Of a stretch of 64,000 nucleotides of DNA, positions 9,297 to 19,152 are shown piece after piece. Source of the DNA: Candidatus Eiseniibacteriota bacterium (GTDB lineage: Bacteria > Eisenbacteria > RBG-16-71-46); NCBI GenBank assembly GCA_044223005.1, contig JBGAML010000004.1, positions 32,001 to 96,000 of the forward strand. Reading direction: 5' to 3'. The first letter of the stretch is position 1. Each line of letters begins with the position of its first letter. A program made the position numbers and the translations under genes. Under the pieces are notes generated by a model. That model made no database searches. It saw only the letters and a program-made list of their open reading frames with translations, and was not told the DNA's origin.

Positions 9297-11615
9297 ATGT
9301 CCCGTCCCCGCAAGACAACGGAGGGCCGCGAGGCCCGCGTCACGCTCGAATTGCCGGCCTCGGTGGGCCTCCAGGTCCCGCGCTTCGACGCGCGCGACAA
9401 GGTCACCGGCCGGGCGCTCTACCTGGACGACCTGCGCGTGCCCGGCGTACTGCACGGCCGCACCGTGCGCTCGACCGTCGCGCACGGCCGCATCCTCGGG
9501 ATCGAGCTCGATCCGGCGTTCGACTGGAGCGGCGTCACGATCTGCGACCATCGCGACGTGCCCGGCGAAAACGTCGTCGCGGCGATCGAGGCCGACCAGC
9601 CGCTGCTCGCGGCGGACGTCGTGCGCCACTGGGACGAGCCGATCCTGCTGCTCGCGCACGAGGATCCCGAGAAGGCCGAAGCGGCGACACGGGCCGTCCG
9701 CGTTCGCATCGAGCCGCTCCCGGCCGCGCTGACGGTCGAGGACGCGCTCGCGGGCCGCGCGAAGGTGCGCGGGAGCGACAACGTCTACAAGACCATCCGG
9801 ATCGAACGCGGCGAGCTCGAGGACGCGTTCGCGCGCGCCGAGATCGTGATCGAGGGCGAGTACCGCACCGGGCACCAGGAGCAGCTCTACATCGAGAACA
9901 ACGCGATGATGGCCGAGCGCACGGCCGAGGGCGGCATCCACGTGCGCGGTTCGCTCCAGTGCCCGTACTACGTGCACGGCGCCCTGCAGCGGATCCTCGG
10001 CCTGCCGGCCGACAAGGTGCGCGTCGAGCAGACGGTCACGGGCGGCGGCTTCGGCGGCAAGGAAGAATACCCGTCGATGATCGGCGGGCACGCGGCGGTG
10101 CTCGCGTGGAAGAGCGGCCGGCCCGTGAAGGTCGTCTACGACCGCGCCGAGGACATCGCCGCGACCACCAAGCGGCATCCGTCGATCGTGCGCCTGCGCA
10201 CCGGCGTGATGCGCGACGGCACGCTGGTCGCGATCGACGCGGACGTGATCATGGACGGCGGCGCGTACCTCACGCTGACGCCGGTGGTGCTCTCGCGCGG
10301 CGCGATCCACGCCGGCGGGCCGTACCGCTGGGAGGCCGCCCGCATTCGTGCGCGCGCCGTCGCGACGAACACGCCGCCCAACGGCGCGTTCCGCGGGTTC
10401 GGGGCGCCGCAGACGCTGTTCGCGGTCGAGGCGCACATGAACCGGATCGCCGAGGCGCTGGCGATCGACCCCGTCGAGCTGCGCCGTCGCAACGCGGTGC
10501 GCGAGGGCGACGTCACGCCCACCGGCCAGGTGCTGCGCGAGAGCGTCGGCGCCCACGCCGTGCTCGAGCGCACCGCGGCGCGCGCGAAGTGGAAGGCCGT
10601 GCGCGCGCGCCACGCCCGCGAGAATGCCGCCGCGGAGGCGCGCGAGCGCGCCGGGCGGCTCGCGCCGGATGCGCGGCGCGTGCGCCGCGGCATCGGCTTC
10701 GCGCTCGTCTACCACGGCAGCGGCTTCACCGGCAGCGGCGAAGTGAAGCTCGACTCGCTCGCGGCGCTCGACCTGACGCCGGACGGCTGGCCGCGCGTGC
10801 TGGTCGCCAACACCGAGATCGGCCAGGGCACCGTCACCGTGTTTTCGCAGATCGTCGGCGACGCGCTGGGGATCCCGGCGCACCGCGTCGTGATCCACAC
10901 GCCCGACACCGCGTTCGTGCCGAACAGCGGCCCGACGGTCGCCTCGCGCACGCTCATGGTCGTCGGCGGGCTCGTCGACAAGTGCGCGCGCCGCATGAAG
11001 GAGAAGCTCGAGCTCTGGGCCGAGCACGTCCTGGCCGGCGAGGCCGACTTCCATCGCGTCGCGAAGCGCTGGCTCGCCCAGCGCGGACCGCTGCGCGTCG
11101 AGCAGCGCTACGTGAAGCCGACGACGATCGAGTGGGACGACGAGACCTATCGCGGCGACGCGTACGGCGTCTTCTCGTACGCGGCGCTCGCGGCCGAGGT
11201 CGAAGTGGACCTCGACACCGCCGAGACGAAGGTGCTGCGGGTGACGACCGCGCAGGACATCGGCAAGGCCGTGCACCCCGTGCTCGCCGCCGGGCAGATC
11301 GAGGGCGGCACGCTGCAGGGGCTCGGCTGGGCGCTGCTCGAGGAGCTGCGCTTCAAGGACGGCCGCGTCTGGAACCACACGCTCACCAATTACATCGTGC
11401 CCACGAGCGCCGACGCGCCACCGATGGACGTCGAGATCGTCGAGATCCCGTACTCGGGCGGACCGTTCGGCGCCAAGGGCCTCGGCGAACTGCCCATGGA
11501 CGTGCCCGCGCCCGCGGTGATCGACGCGATCGCGCAGGCGATCGGCTGCCGGCTCGACGAGATTCCCGCGACGCCCGAGCGCGTGCTGCGCGCGCTGCGG
11601 ACGAGGCCGTCGTGA
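9297..11615 (+). CDS. Xanthine dehydrogenase-family molybdopterin-binding (large) subunit
   Basis: KVTG, QLYIE, GGGFGGK, AFRGFG, EIGQG, GQIEGG and AKGLGE motifs. Confidence 0.93.
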   Translation: MSRPRKTTEGREARVTLELPASVGLQVPRFDARDKVTGRALYLDDLRVPGVLHGRTVRSTVAHGRILGIELDPAFDWSGVTICDHRDVPGENVVAAIEADQPLLAADVVRHWDEPILLLAHEDPEKAEAATRAVRVRIEPLPAALTVEDALAGRAKVRGSDNVYKTIRIERGELEDAFARAEIVIEGEYRTGHQEQLYIENNAMMAERTAEGGIHVRGSLQCPYYVHGALQRILGLPADKVRVEQTVTGGGFGGKEEYPSMIGGHAAVLAWKSGRPVKVVYDRAEDIAATTKRHPSIVRLRTGVMRDGTLVAIDADVIMDGGAYLTLTPVVLSRGAIHAGGPYRWEAARIRARAVATNTPPNGAFRGFGAPQTLFAVEAHMNRIAEALAIDPVELRRRNAVREGDVTPTGQVLRESVGAHAVLERTAARAKWKAVRARHARENAAAEARERAGRLAPDARRVRRGIGFALVYHGSGFTGSGEVKLDSLAALDLTPDGWPRVLVANTEIGQGTVTVFSQIVGDALGIPAHRVVIHTPDTAFVPNSGPTVASRTLMVVGGLVDKCARRMKEKLELWAEHVLAGEADFHRVAKRWLAQRGPLRVEQRYVKPTTIEWDDETYRGDAYGVFSYAALAAEVEVDLDTAETKVLRVTTAQDIGKAVHPVLAAGQIEGGTLQGLGWALLEELRFKDGRVWNHTLTNYIVPTSADAPPMDVEIVEIPYSGGPFGAKGLGELPMDVPAPAVIDAIAQAIGCRLDEIPATPERVLRALRTRPS

Positions 11616-12151
11616 ACGCCGCCCCGGTGCCCGGCACCGGCGTGGACACGCCCGAGGAACTGCGCGCCCGCGGGTTCGAGGGCTTCGCGCGCATCGGCAT
11701 GCTGCGCGACGATGCCTGCCGCTCCGTGCCTGTCGCCGCGGGCGTGTGGGTCGTGCTGCGCGAGCTGTCGGCCGGCGTGCCGCACTTCCTGCCGAGGAGC
11801 ACGGCCGCGCCGTGGCGCGGGCAGGATCCCACGTGCAGCGCCGACGCGCTCGCCGGCCACTGGGTCGCGCACGCGGGACTGCTCTACGTTTCGGCGGCGC
11901 CCGGCACGGGCGTGCGCCACCTGCTGCAGCAGCGCGTGAAACGCTTCGTCCGCCACGGCGCCGGCCGCGTGGTCGCGCACTGGGGCGGCCATCGCATCTG
12001 GCAGCTCGCCGGTGCGTCGTCGCTGCGCATCGCCTGGCGCGAGACGCCGGCGGAGTCGGCCCGCGACGCGGCACGCGAGCTGATCGCGGAGTTCGAGAGC
12101 CGGCACCGCGCGCTTCCCTTCGCCTGTGACCCCGGAGACGACGACGCATGA
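11612..12151 (+). CDS. Hypothetical protein, possibly a degenerate GIY-YIG-like fold
   Basis: GTG start overlaps the upstream stop and its own stop overlaps the next ATG. Sequence: GFEGF...GVWVV...LLYVSAA...HWGGHRIWQL. Confidence 0.65.
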   Translation: MNAAPVPGTGVDTPEELRARGFEGFARIGMLRDDACRSVPVAAGVWVVLRELSAGVPHFLPRSTAAPWRGQDPTCSADALAGHWVAHAGLLYVSAAPGTGVRHLLQQRVKRFVRHGAGRVVAHWGGHRIWQLAGASSLRIAWRETPAESARDAARELIAEFESRHRALPFACDPGDDDA

Positions 12152-12777
12152 GCCCCCGCCGTACCGTGAACCTGAACGTCAACGGGAAGGCGCGCCGCGT
12201 GAGCGTGCCGCCCATGAAGCGCCTGCTCGACGTCCTGCGCGAGGAGTGCGGGCTCACCGGCACCAAGGAAGGCTGCGGCGAGGGCGAATGCGGCGCGTGC
12301 ACCGTGCTGCTGGACGGCGCGCCCGTGAACGCCTGCCTCGTGCCCGCGATCCACGCCGACGGCGCCCGCGTCGTCACCGTGGAAGGGCTCGCGAGGGGCG
12401 GCCGCCTGAACGTGCTGCAGCAGGCGTTCGCCGAGCACGGCGGCGCGCAGTGCGGCATGTGCACGCCCGGCATGCTCGTCACCGCGAGCGCGCTGCTCGC
12501 CGCGACCCGCGGCCGCGTGCCCGGCGACGCCGAGGTGCGCGGCGCGCTCTCGGGCACGCTCTGCCGCTGCACCGGCTACCAGAAGATCGTGGACGCGGTG
12601 CGTGACGCGGCGCGCCGCAGCGTCGCGCCGCGCCGCAAGGTCGCGAAGAAGAAGGCCGCGAAGGCGAAGGCCGCGCCGCGACGTGCGGGCGCCACGAAGA
12701 AGCGGGCGGCGGCCCGGCCGGCACCGCGGCGCAAGGCCGCACGCCGGGTCGCGAGCCGCGGTGGGCGGCGCTCGTGA
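12148..12777 (+). CDS. Xanthine dehydrogenase-family 2x[2Fe-2S] small subunit with basic C-terminal tail
   Basis: GTKEGCGEGECGACTV, QCGMCTPG and LCRCTGY motifs. Confidence 0.95.
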   Translation: MSPRRTVNLNVNGKARRVSVPPMKRLLDVLREECGLTGTKEGCGEGECGACTVLLDGAPVNACLVPAIHADGARVVTVEGLARGGRLNVLQQAFAEHGGAQCGMCTPGMLVTASALLAATRGRVPGDAEVRGALSGTLCRCTGYQKIVDAVRDAARRSVAPRRKVAKKKAAKAKAAPRRAGATKKRAAARPAPRRKAARRVASRGGRRS

Positions 12778-13685
12778 AGACCGCGCTGACCACGCTCCGC
12801 GTCGAGCGGCCGCGCGATCTCGCGCACGCGCTCCGGCTGCTGCACGACTCGGTGTCCACGGAGCGGCTCGTGCCGCTCGCGGGCGGTACCGACCTGTTCG
12901 TCTACCTGAACGCCGGCACGCAGGCGGGTTCGGGCTTCCTCGACCTCTCGCCGCTGAAGCCCCTGCGGACGATCCGGCTCCGCGGCAAGCGCCTGCACGT
13001 CGGTGCGCTCGCGACTTTCGACGCGATCGCCCGTCACCCGGCGTGCGCCGGTTGGCCGATGCTGCCGCAGGCGGCGCGCGTCGTCGGCGCGGCCCAGATC
13101 CAGAACCGCGGCACGATCGGCGGCAACATCGCCAACGCGTCGCCGGCCGGCGATTCGCTGCCCGTCCTGCTCGCGTACGACGCCACGGTGCACGTCGCGT
13201 CGGTGCGCGGCGAGCGCGAGATCCCGTTCGCGGAGCTGTACGCGGGCTACCGCACGCTCGCGATCGAGCCCGACGAGCTGGTCACCGGCGTCACGCTGCC
13301 GCCGCGCCCCACGGGTGCGCGCGAACTGTTCCGCAAGGTCGGCACGCGCGCCGCCCAGAGCATCTCGAAGGTCGTCTTCGCGGGCGTCCTGCACTCCGGG
13401 CGTTCGGGCGTCGATCACGTGCGGCTGGCGTGGGGCAGCGTCGCGCCGACGCCGGTGCGCGCACGCGAGACCGAACAGGCGCTCGCCGGCAGCCGCCTCA
13501 CCGCGGCGGATGGCGAGCGCGCGTTCGCGGCGCTCGAGCGCGACATCGCGCCGATCGACGACATCCGTTCCGAGGGCGAGTACCGGCGCGAGGTCGCACG
13601 CGCGCTGCTCGCGCAGCTGCTGCGCTCCGTGGCGCCCGACCGGCGCACGGCCGGCGCGCTCATGTCCCCGCCGGCGCGCGCGTAA
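12774..13685 (+). CDS. Xanthine dehydrogenase-family FAD-binding (medium) subunit
   Basis: AGGTDL, QIQNRGTIGGNIANASPAGD and PIDDIRS motifs. Confidence 0.93.
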   Translation: MKTALTTLRVERPRDLAHALRLLHDSVSTERLVPLAGGTDLFVYLNAGTQAGSGFLDLSPLKPLRTIRLRGKRLHVGALATFDAIARHPACAGWPMLPQAARVVGAAQIQNRGTIGGNIANASPAGDSLPVLLAYDATVHVASVRGEREIPFAELYAGYRTLAIEPDELVTGVTLPPRPTGARELFRKVGTRAAQSISKVVFAGVLHSGRSGVDHVRLAWGSVAPTPVRARETEQALAGSRLTAADGERAFAALERDIAPIDDIRSEGEYRREVARALLAQLLRSVAPDRRTAGALMSPPARA

Positions 13686-13831
13686 GCGCCCGCCGGCGCC
13701 CGGCCGGAGATTCGTCGCGCGGTTTCGGTTCAGCGGCTGCGCCGACGTGCCGATGCCCATGGGGCATGGACGCCGGCGGACCATCTCCGGAATCGGAGGT
13801 TCCCGGTGTCTCCCGAACGGGGGAACCTCCG

Positions 13832-14443
13832 TTGTCCGAACCGACGCTTCCCACCCTGCAGGATATTCTCGACGCGTTCGAACGCCTCGCGGAACGAGTG
13901 GCCGTCTCGCCGACGTCCCGGCTCGATCCCTTCATCTCCGGCTCGCTGCGCCGCGCGTGCGACGAACTGCGCCGTTTCATCCCCGGCCTGGACACGCCAC
14001 CGGACGCCGACGCCGCCCGCTTCCTGGCGCGCGCGTCGTACGCCGCGCTGGAGGACGGTGACGCCCGCGAAGCCCTCGCGCGCGCGCTCCGTGGCCTGTC
14101 GTTCGCTCCGCACCATCCCGGACTCTTCTTCGCCGCCGCCTCGGCGTGCTTCGAGTACGGCGCCGTGGAGGACGCGATCCGGCTGCTGCGGCACACGCTG
14201 TGGATCCACCCGGGGCACGTCGCGGCGCGCCGCGACCTCGAAGCCCTGAGCGCCTACATGCGCGAGCGCTGGAGCACGCCCGGGGACTTCACCGCCGAGC
14301 AGGAAGCGGCACTGCGCGAGGCCGGCGTCTTCGACGGCGAGCTCTCGTTCGACTTCGACGGCGAACCCGGCGAGTCCGGCGAGCCGGCGTCGATGGACGA
14401 GGACCTGGACGACGAGGGCGACGAGGACGAGCACGCCGCCTGA
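13832..14443 (+). CDS. Hypothetical TPR-like protein with acidic tail
   Basis: Helical repeats (A.EAL..AL...P.H; A..LL...L.I.P.H..A) and a D/E-rich C-terminus. Start uncertain: TTG 13832 or ATG 13766. Confidence 0.7.
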   Translation: MSEPTLPTLQDILDAFERLAERVAVSPTSRLDPFISGSLRRACDELRRFIPGLDTPPDADAARFLARASYAALEDGDAREALARALRGLSFAPHHPGLFFAAASACFEYGAVEDAIRLLRHTLWIHPGHVAARRDLEALSAYMRERWSTPGDFTAEQEAALREAGVFDGELSFDFDGEPGESGEPASMDEDLDDEGDEDEHAA

Positions 14444-14542
14444 TCTTCACCCGGCGCGACGCGCGGCCGACCGCGCGGCGCCGCCGGAGCGAACGCGGGA
14501 CCGCCTCGGGGCACCGCGACGCGGAGCACGAGGGGACTTCGC

Positions 14543-14611
14543 ATGACACCGCACCGCCCGCGCCCCCGGCGTTCGCCGGCGCGCGCCACCACGCCCACGG
14601 CCGGCCGATGA
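14543..14611 (+). CDS. Possible 22-aa leader peptide coupled to the hybrid kinase
   Basis: GAGGGGA RBS, then ATG, MTPHRPRPRRSPARATTPTAGR, with TGA overlapping the kinase ATG (ATGA). Confidence 0.3.
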   Translation: MTPHRPRPRRSPARATTPTAGR

Positions 14612-16554
14612 GCCTGCTGCCCGCGGATTCCCCCGCCTCGGGGCCCGATTCCAGCGCCGGGTTCCGCGTGCGCTACGAGCTGTTCGCGTCCGCCAGTCGC
14701 GACATCATCCTGTTCGTGCGCGTGGCGGACGGCCGCCTGCTCGACGCGAACGAGGCCGCGGTCACGGCGTACGGGGTCCCGCGCGAGGAACTGCTGCGCC
14801 GGACGATCTTCGACCTGAGGTCCGCCGAGGAACGCGATCGCGCGCGGCGACTGCTGGCGGAGGCCGCCGAAGCGGGCGCCCTGATGTTCGAGACCGAGCA
14901 CCAGCGCGCCGACGGCACGCGCTTCCCGGTCGAGATCAGCGCCACCGCCGCGACGCTCGGCGGCGAACGCGTGATGCTCGCGATCGTCCGCGACATCACC
15001 GAGCGGCGCCGGACCGAACGCGAGCACCAGGCCGCGGCGCGCCGCGACGCGGAGCAGCAGGGCGAACTCCGCTTCCGCGCGCTCGTCGAGAATTCCACCG
15101 ACGTCCTCAACGTCTTCGACGCCGACGGCGTCATCCGGCTCTGGAGCCCCGGGGTCCACAACGTGCTCGGCTGGACCGAGGCCGAGGTCGTGGGCCGGCC
15201 GATCGGCGACTTCCTGCACGCCGACGAGCGCTCCGCGATCCATGAGGCGATCGAGGCACTGCTGCGCCAGCCGGACGTCCCGCAGCGGCTCGAGCATCGC
15301 ATCCGCACGCGCGACGGGGGTTGGATCGAGTTCGAGACGATCGCCCGCAACCTGCTCGGCGAGCCGCTCGTCCGCGGCATCGTCACCAACTCGCGCGATC
15401 TCTCGGGGCAGCGCCAGCTGCAGCAGCGTGCCGCCGAGATGCAGAAGCTGGAAAGCATCGGCCGGCTCGCGGGCGGGGTGGCGCACGACTTCAACAACCT
15501 GCTCACGGCCATCCTCGGGGGCGCGGACGCCGCCGCCGACGCGCTCTCGCGCGGCACGATGCCGGCGATCGAGGACGTGGAGGCGATTCGCACCGCCGGC
15601 GAGCGCGCGCGGGACGTCACGCGCCAGCTGCTCTCGTTCGCGCGCCGGCATCCCACGGATCCCGTGCCGCTCGACCTGCGCGAGGTGCTGCGCGAGAACG
15701 AACGCATGCTCCGCCGGCTGCTGCCCGAGACGATCGCGATCGAGACGGCGCTGCCGCCGGCGATCCCGCGCGTCATGGCGGATCCGGGACAGGTGCAGCA
15801 GGTGATCGTGAATCTCGCGGTGAACGCGCGCGACGCGATGCCGCGAGGGGGCACGCTGAGCTTCGAGCTCGTCGACCGGCCCGCGGCGAGCGCGGCGTCG
15901 CGCCGCGAAGTGCGGCTGGTCGTGCGCGACACGGGCGAAGGCATGACGGACGAGGTGCGGGCGCACGCGTTCGAGCCGTTCTTCACCACGCGCCCGCAGG
16001 GACAGGGCACCGGACTCGGCCTCGCGACGGTGTACGGCATCGTCACCCAGTGCGATGGCCGCATCGCGCTCGAAAGCGCGCCCGGCCGCGGGACCACCGT
16101 CACGATCGACCTGCCCGCCACGGACGTGGAGCCGGCGGCCCCGCTTCCCGCGGAACCCGTCACCGGCGGGCGCGAACGCGTGCTCGTGGTCGAGGACGAG
16201 GACCTCGTACGCGATCTCACCGCCCGGGCGCTCGAGCAGGCTGGCTATCACGTGAAGGTGGCGGCGGACGCTGAAGCGGCGCTGGCCGCCGCGGGCGAAC
16301 CGGGAGAGGCGCTCGACCTGCTGGTCACCGACGTGGTGATGCCCGGGCGCACGGGCCCGCAGCTCGCGGCGGAACTGCGCGCACGGCACCCCGGGCTGGC
16401 GGTTCTCTTCGTCTCGGGCTACACGCAGGACGCGATGGGCGCCCCCGGTGAGGTGGCCTCGGGGGTCGAGTTCCTGCAGAAGCCCTTCCGGATCGGCGAC
16501 CTGCTCCGGCGCGCCCGGGGGGCGATCGAGCGGGCCCGGCTCGCGCGCGGCTGA
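14608..16554 (+). CDS. Hybrid sensor histidine kinase/response regulator with two PAS domains (CckA-like)
   Basis: Two PAS domains, H-box LAGGVAHDFNNLL, NARDAM, FEPFFTT, GTGLGL and a receiver (LVVEDE, TDVVMP, KPF). Confidence 0.93.
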   Translation: MSLLPADSPASGPDSSAGFRVRYELFASASRDIILFVRVADGRLLDANEAAVTAYGVPREELLRRTIFDLRSAEERDRARRLLAEAAEAGALMFETEHQRADGTRFPVEISATAATLGGERVMLAIVRDITERRRTEREHQAAARRDAEQQGELRFRALVENSTDVLNVFDADGVIRLWSPGVHNVLGWTEAEVVGRPIGDFLHADERSAIHEAIEALLRQPDVPQRLEHRIRTRDGGWIEFETIARNLLGEPLVRGIVTNSRDLSGQRQLQQRAAEMQKLESIGRLAGGVAHDFNNLLTAILGGADAAADALSRGTMPAIEDVEAIRTAGERARDVTRQLLSFARRHPTDPVPLDLREVLRENERMLRRLLPETIAIETALPPAIPRVMADPGQVQQVIVNLAVNARDAMPRGGTLSFELVDRPAASAASRREVRLVVRDTGEGMTDEVRAHAFEPFFTTRPQGQGTGLGLATVYGIVTQCDGRIALESAPGRGTTVTIDLPATDVEPAAPLPAEPVTGGRERVLVVEDEDLVRDLTARALEQAGYHVKVAADAEAALAAAGEPGEALDLLVTDVVMPGRTGPQLAAELRARHPGLAVLFVSGYTQDAMGAPGEVASGVEFLQKPFRIGDLLRRARGAIERARLARG

Positions 16555-16629
16555 CGTGCGTCCGCGCGGCGTTGGAGCCGCGCTGGGGTTGTGCGAGACT
16601 CGGCGTCCACGTTCGGAGGCCTTTCCCGC

Positions 16630-17718
16630 ATGCGCTGGTCCATCCGGCTCGGCTCGCTCGCCGGCATCCGCATCGAAATGCACGTCACGTTCCTGCTCAT
16701 GCTGGCGGGCGTGGCGTGGTTCACTTCGTCGGGCCTGCGCGACGCGTTCCACACGGCGCTCCACCTGGTGCTGCTGTTCGGGTGCGTGCTGCTGCACGAG
16801 CTCGGTCACGCGCTGGCGGCGCGGCGCTACGGCATCCGCACCCGCGAGATCGTGCTGCTCCCGATCGGCGGCGTGGCGCGCCTCGAGCGCATGCCCGAGA
16901 AGCCGGCGCAGGAGCTGGTCGTCGCGATCGCCGGGCCGGCCGTCAACGTCGTGCTCGCGACGATCTTCGGCGCGGTGCTGTTCGCGATGGGCACGCCGAC
17001 CGACCAGATCCTCGCGCGCGCCGAAGGGGAGGGCACGCTCGAGTTCCTGTTGTTCGCCAACCTCGCGATGCTCGCGTTCAACCTGGTGCCCGCGTTCCCG
17101 ATGGACGGCGGGCGCGTGCTGCGCGCGGTGATGGCGATGTTCCTGCCGTACACGCGCGCGACTCGGTACGCCTCGCTGGTGGGCCAGGGATTCGCGCTGC
17201 TGTTCGCGGCGGTGGGGATCTTCGTGCTCAAGAGCCCGGTGCTCGTGTTCATCGCGCTGTTCGTGTTCGTCACCGCGGGCGAGGAACGTTCGCTCGTCCA
17301 GACGCGCAGCTCGCTCACGGGCCTGCCCGTCAGCGCCGCGATGGTCACGGCGTTCGTCAGCCTCGAGACGCGGCACGAGCTCGCGTACGCGGTCGACCTG
17401 CTGCTCGCCGGCGAGCAGCAGGACTTCCCGGTGCTCGAAGACGGCCAGCTGCTCGGGATGCTCTCGCGCGCCGACCTGCTGCGCGGCATGCGCACCGAAG
17501 GTCCGGATTCGCCCGTCGGCCGGCTCGTGCGGCTGGACGTGGCGCCGATCGAGGCGTCCATGCCGCTGGACGCGGCGCTGCAGCGGATGAGCGCGACGCG
17601 CCAGAACGCGTTGCCGGTCGTCGCGCGCGGGCGGCTCGTCGGCATGCTCACCGTGGAGAACATCCGCGAGCTGCTGCTCGTGCTCGAGGCCCGCCAGCGT
17701 CACGCCGGCCTGGCCTGA
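16630..17718 (+). CDS. Site-2 protease (M50) with tandem CBS domains
   Basis: HELGH, AGPAVN and NLVPAFPMDGGR motifs; C-terminal CBS pair. Confidence 0.93.
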   Translation: MRWSIRLGSLAGIRIEMHVTFLLMLAGVAWFTSSGLRDAFHTALHLVLLFGCVLLHELGHALAARRYGIRTREIVLLPIGGVARLERMPEKPAQELVVAIAGPAVNVVLATIFGAVLFAMGTPTDQILARAEGEGTLEFLLFANLAMLAFNLVPAFPMDGGRVLRAVMAMFLPYTRATRYASLVGQGFALLFAAVGIFVLKSPVLVFIALFVFVTAGEERSLVQTRSSLTGLPVSAAMVTAFVSLETRHELAYAVDLLLAGEQQDFPVLEDGQLLGMLSRADLLRGMRTEGPDSPVGRLVRLDVAPIEASMPLDAALQRMSATRQNALPVVARGRLVGMLTVENIRELLLVLEARQRHAGLA

Positions 17719-17776
17719 GCACGCCCGCGCGAGACCCGCATTGACCCCGCGCGCGGGCGCCGACCACAATGCGGTC

Positions 17777-18592
17777 ATGCCCGGTCGAGTCCTGCGTGCC
17801 CGTTGGATCCTGCCGTTCGTCGCCGTCGCGGCGGCGTACGCGCTGTGGCGGAACGCCCACGCGCCGCACTGGCGCGAACTGGCTCCCGGCGTCGAGTTCG
17901 CGACCATCGTCGGCGAGCCGTGGTGCCGGCTGGGCTCGACCGCCGTGGCGGTGCTGCGCGTGGACCCCGCGCGGGTCCGGCTGAAGGCGAGGCATTACAC
18001 GCGGCAGCGGCCGGTGCGGCTCCAGTCGGTGATCGAGTGGCAGGCGTCGACGCGGGCCCTCGCCGTCTTCAACGCCGGGCAGTACTACCCCGACTTCCGC
18101 TACATGGGCGTGCTCGTCTGCGACGGCGACACCGTGAGCGCGCGGCCGCACGCGTCGTTCCAGGCGGCTTTCGTCGCGCGGCGCGGTGCGGGCACCGTGC
18201 TCGATCTCGCGCGGCAGCCCCTGCGCGAATCGCGCGGATGGACCGACGTCGCGCAGTCCTTCATGCTCTTCGACCACGCGGGCGGCGTGCGCGTGCAGCG
18301 CTCGTCCCACATCGCCAACCGCACCGCGGTGGGCGTCGACTCGCGCGGCTGGCTCGTGATCTGCGTCAGCGAGGGGGCGTACACGCTCGCCGACTTCGCC
18401 GAGATGCTGCAGCGCTCGCGGCTCCACCTGACGCACGCGATGTCGATGGACGGCGGCCTCGAATCCGAGCTGGTCGTCTCGACGCGCCGTTTTCGCTACG
18501 CCAGCTTCGGAGCCTGGCCCACGGACCGCACGCCCTCGGCACCCGGGGCGCAGGTGCCGCTGCCGGCGGTGATCACGGTGGAGCCCCGGTGA
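17777..18592 (+). CDS. Phosphodiester glycosidase (NAGPA-like) family protein
   Basis: FNAGQY, RTAVG and AMSMDGG motifs; N-terminal hydrophobic segment. Confidence 0.8.
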   Translation: MPGRVLRARWILPFVAVAAAYALWRNAHAPHWRELAPGVEFATIVGEPWCRLGSTAVAVLRVDPARVRLKARHYTRQRPVRLQSVIEWQASTRALAVFNAGQYYPDFRYMGVLVCDGDTVSARPHASFQAAFVARRGAGTVLDLARQPLRESRGWTDVAQSFMLFDHAGGVRVQRSSHIANRTAVGVDSRGWLVICVSEGAYTLADFAEMLQRSRLHLTHAMSMDGGLESELVVSTRRFRYASFGAWPTDRTPSAPGAQVPLPAVITVEPR

Positions 18593-19152
18593 GCGCCGGC
18601 GGGTTCCCGTGCGCGCGCTGTGGCCGCCCGCTGCGGCGCCGCCCGGCCAACGCGACGCGGCCGAAGCACATCGAGTGCCCGCGCTGCGGCTACGTGATCT
18701 ACGACTATCCGCGCCCGGCGGCGGGTGTGCTCGCGGTGCGCGGCGACACGGTGCTGCTGGTGAAGCGCGGGCACCGGCCGCGGATCGGTTTCCTCGACGT
18801 GCCCGGTGGGTTCATCGAGGCGGGCGAGGGGATCGAGCAGGCCGCGCGACGCGAGTTGCGCGAGGAGACCGGCATCGTCCTCGGCCGCATGGAGCCGCTC
18901 GGCTTCTACTGGGACACGTACTCGCTGCGTGGCTTCGGGCGCTTCCCGACCATGAACTGGTACTTCGTCGGGCACTCGCGCCGCGGCACGCCGCACGCGG
19001 GCGACGACGCGTCGGCGGCGGAGTGGGTGCCGATCGGGGCGCTCGCATCGCTGCGCTCGCGCTGGTCGTGGATGCACATGGGCGCGCTGTTCCGCGACCT
19101 GCGCCGCTGGTGGCGGCGCGACCGCTCGGCGCGCGGGAGGGTGGAGCGATGA
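18589..19152 (+). CDS. NUDIX hydrolase with N-terminal zinc ribbon
   Basis: CARC...CPRC followed by the Nudix box PGGFIEAGE...AARRELREETG; GDDA motif. Confidence 0.9.
   Translation: MSAGGFPCARCGRPLRRRPANATRPKHIECPRCGYVIYDYPRPAAGVLAVRGDTVLLVKRGHRPRIGFLDVPGGFIEAGEGIEQAARRELREETGIVLGRMEPLGFYWDTYSLRGFGRFPTMNWYFVGHSRRGTPHAGDDASAAEWVPIGALASLRSRWSWMHMGALFRDLRRWWRRDRSARGRVER

Noticed and set aside
7515..12572. Very long ORF-track entries (1685 aa here; also 21872..27274, 14254..17907, 31971..35246, 59859..63287)
   Set aside because: These are antisense or alternative-frame shadows caused by stop-codon scarcity at high GC. Only the terminal parts matching oppA, the S8 peptidase and hyfC are real.
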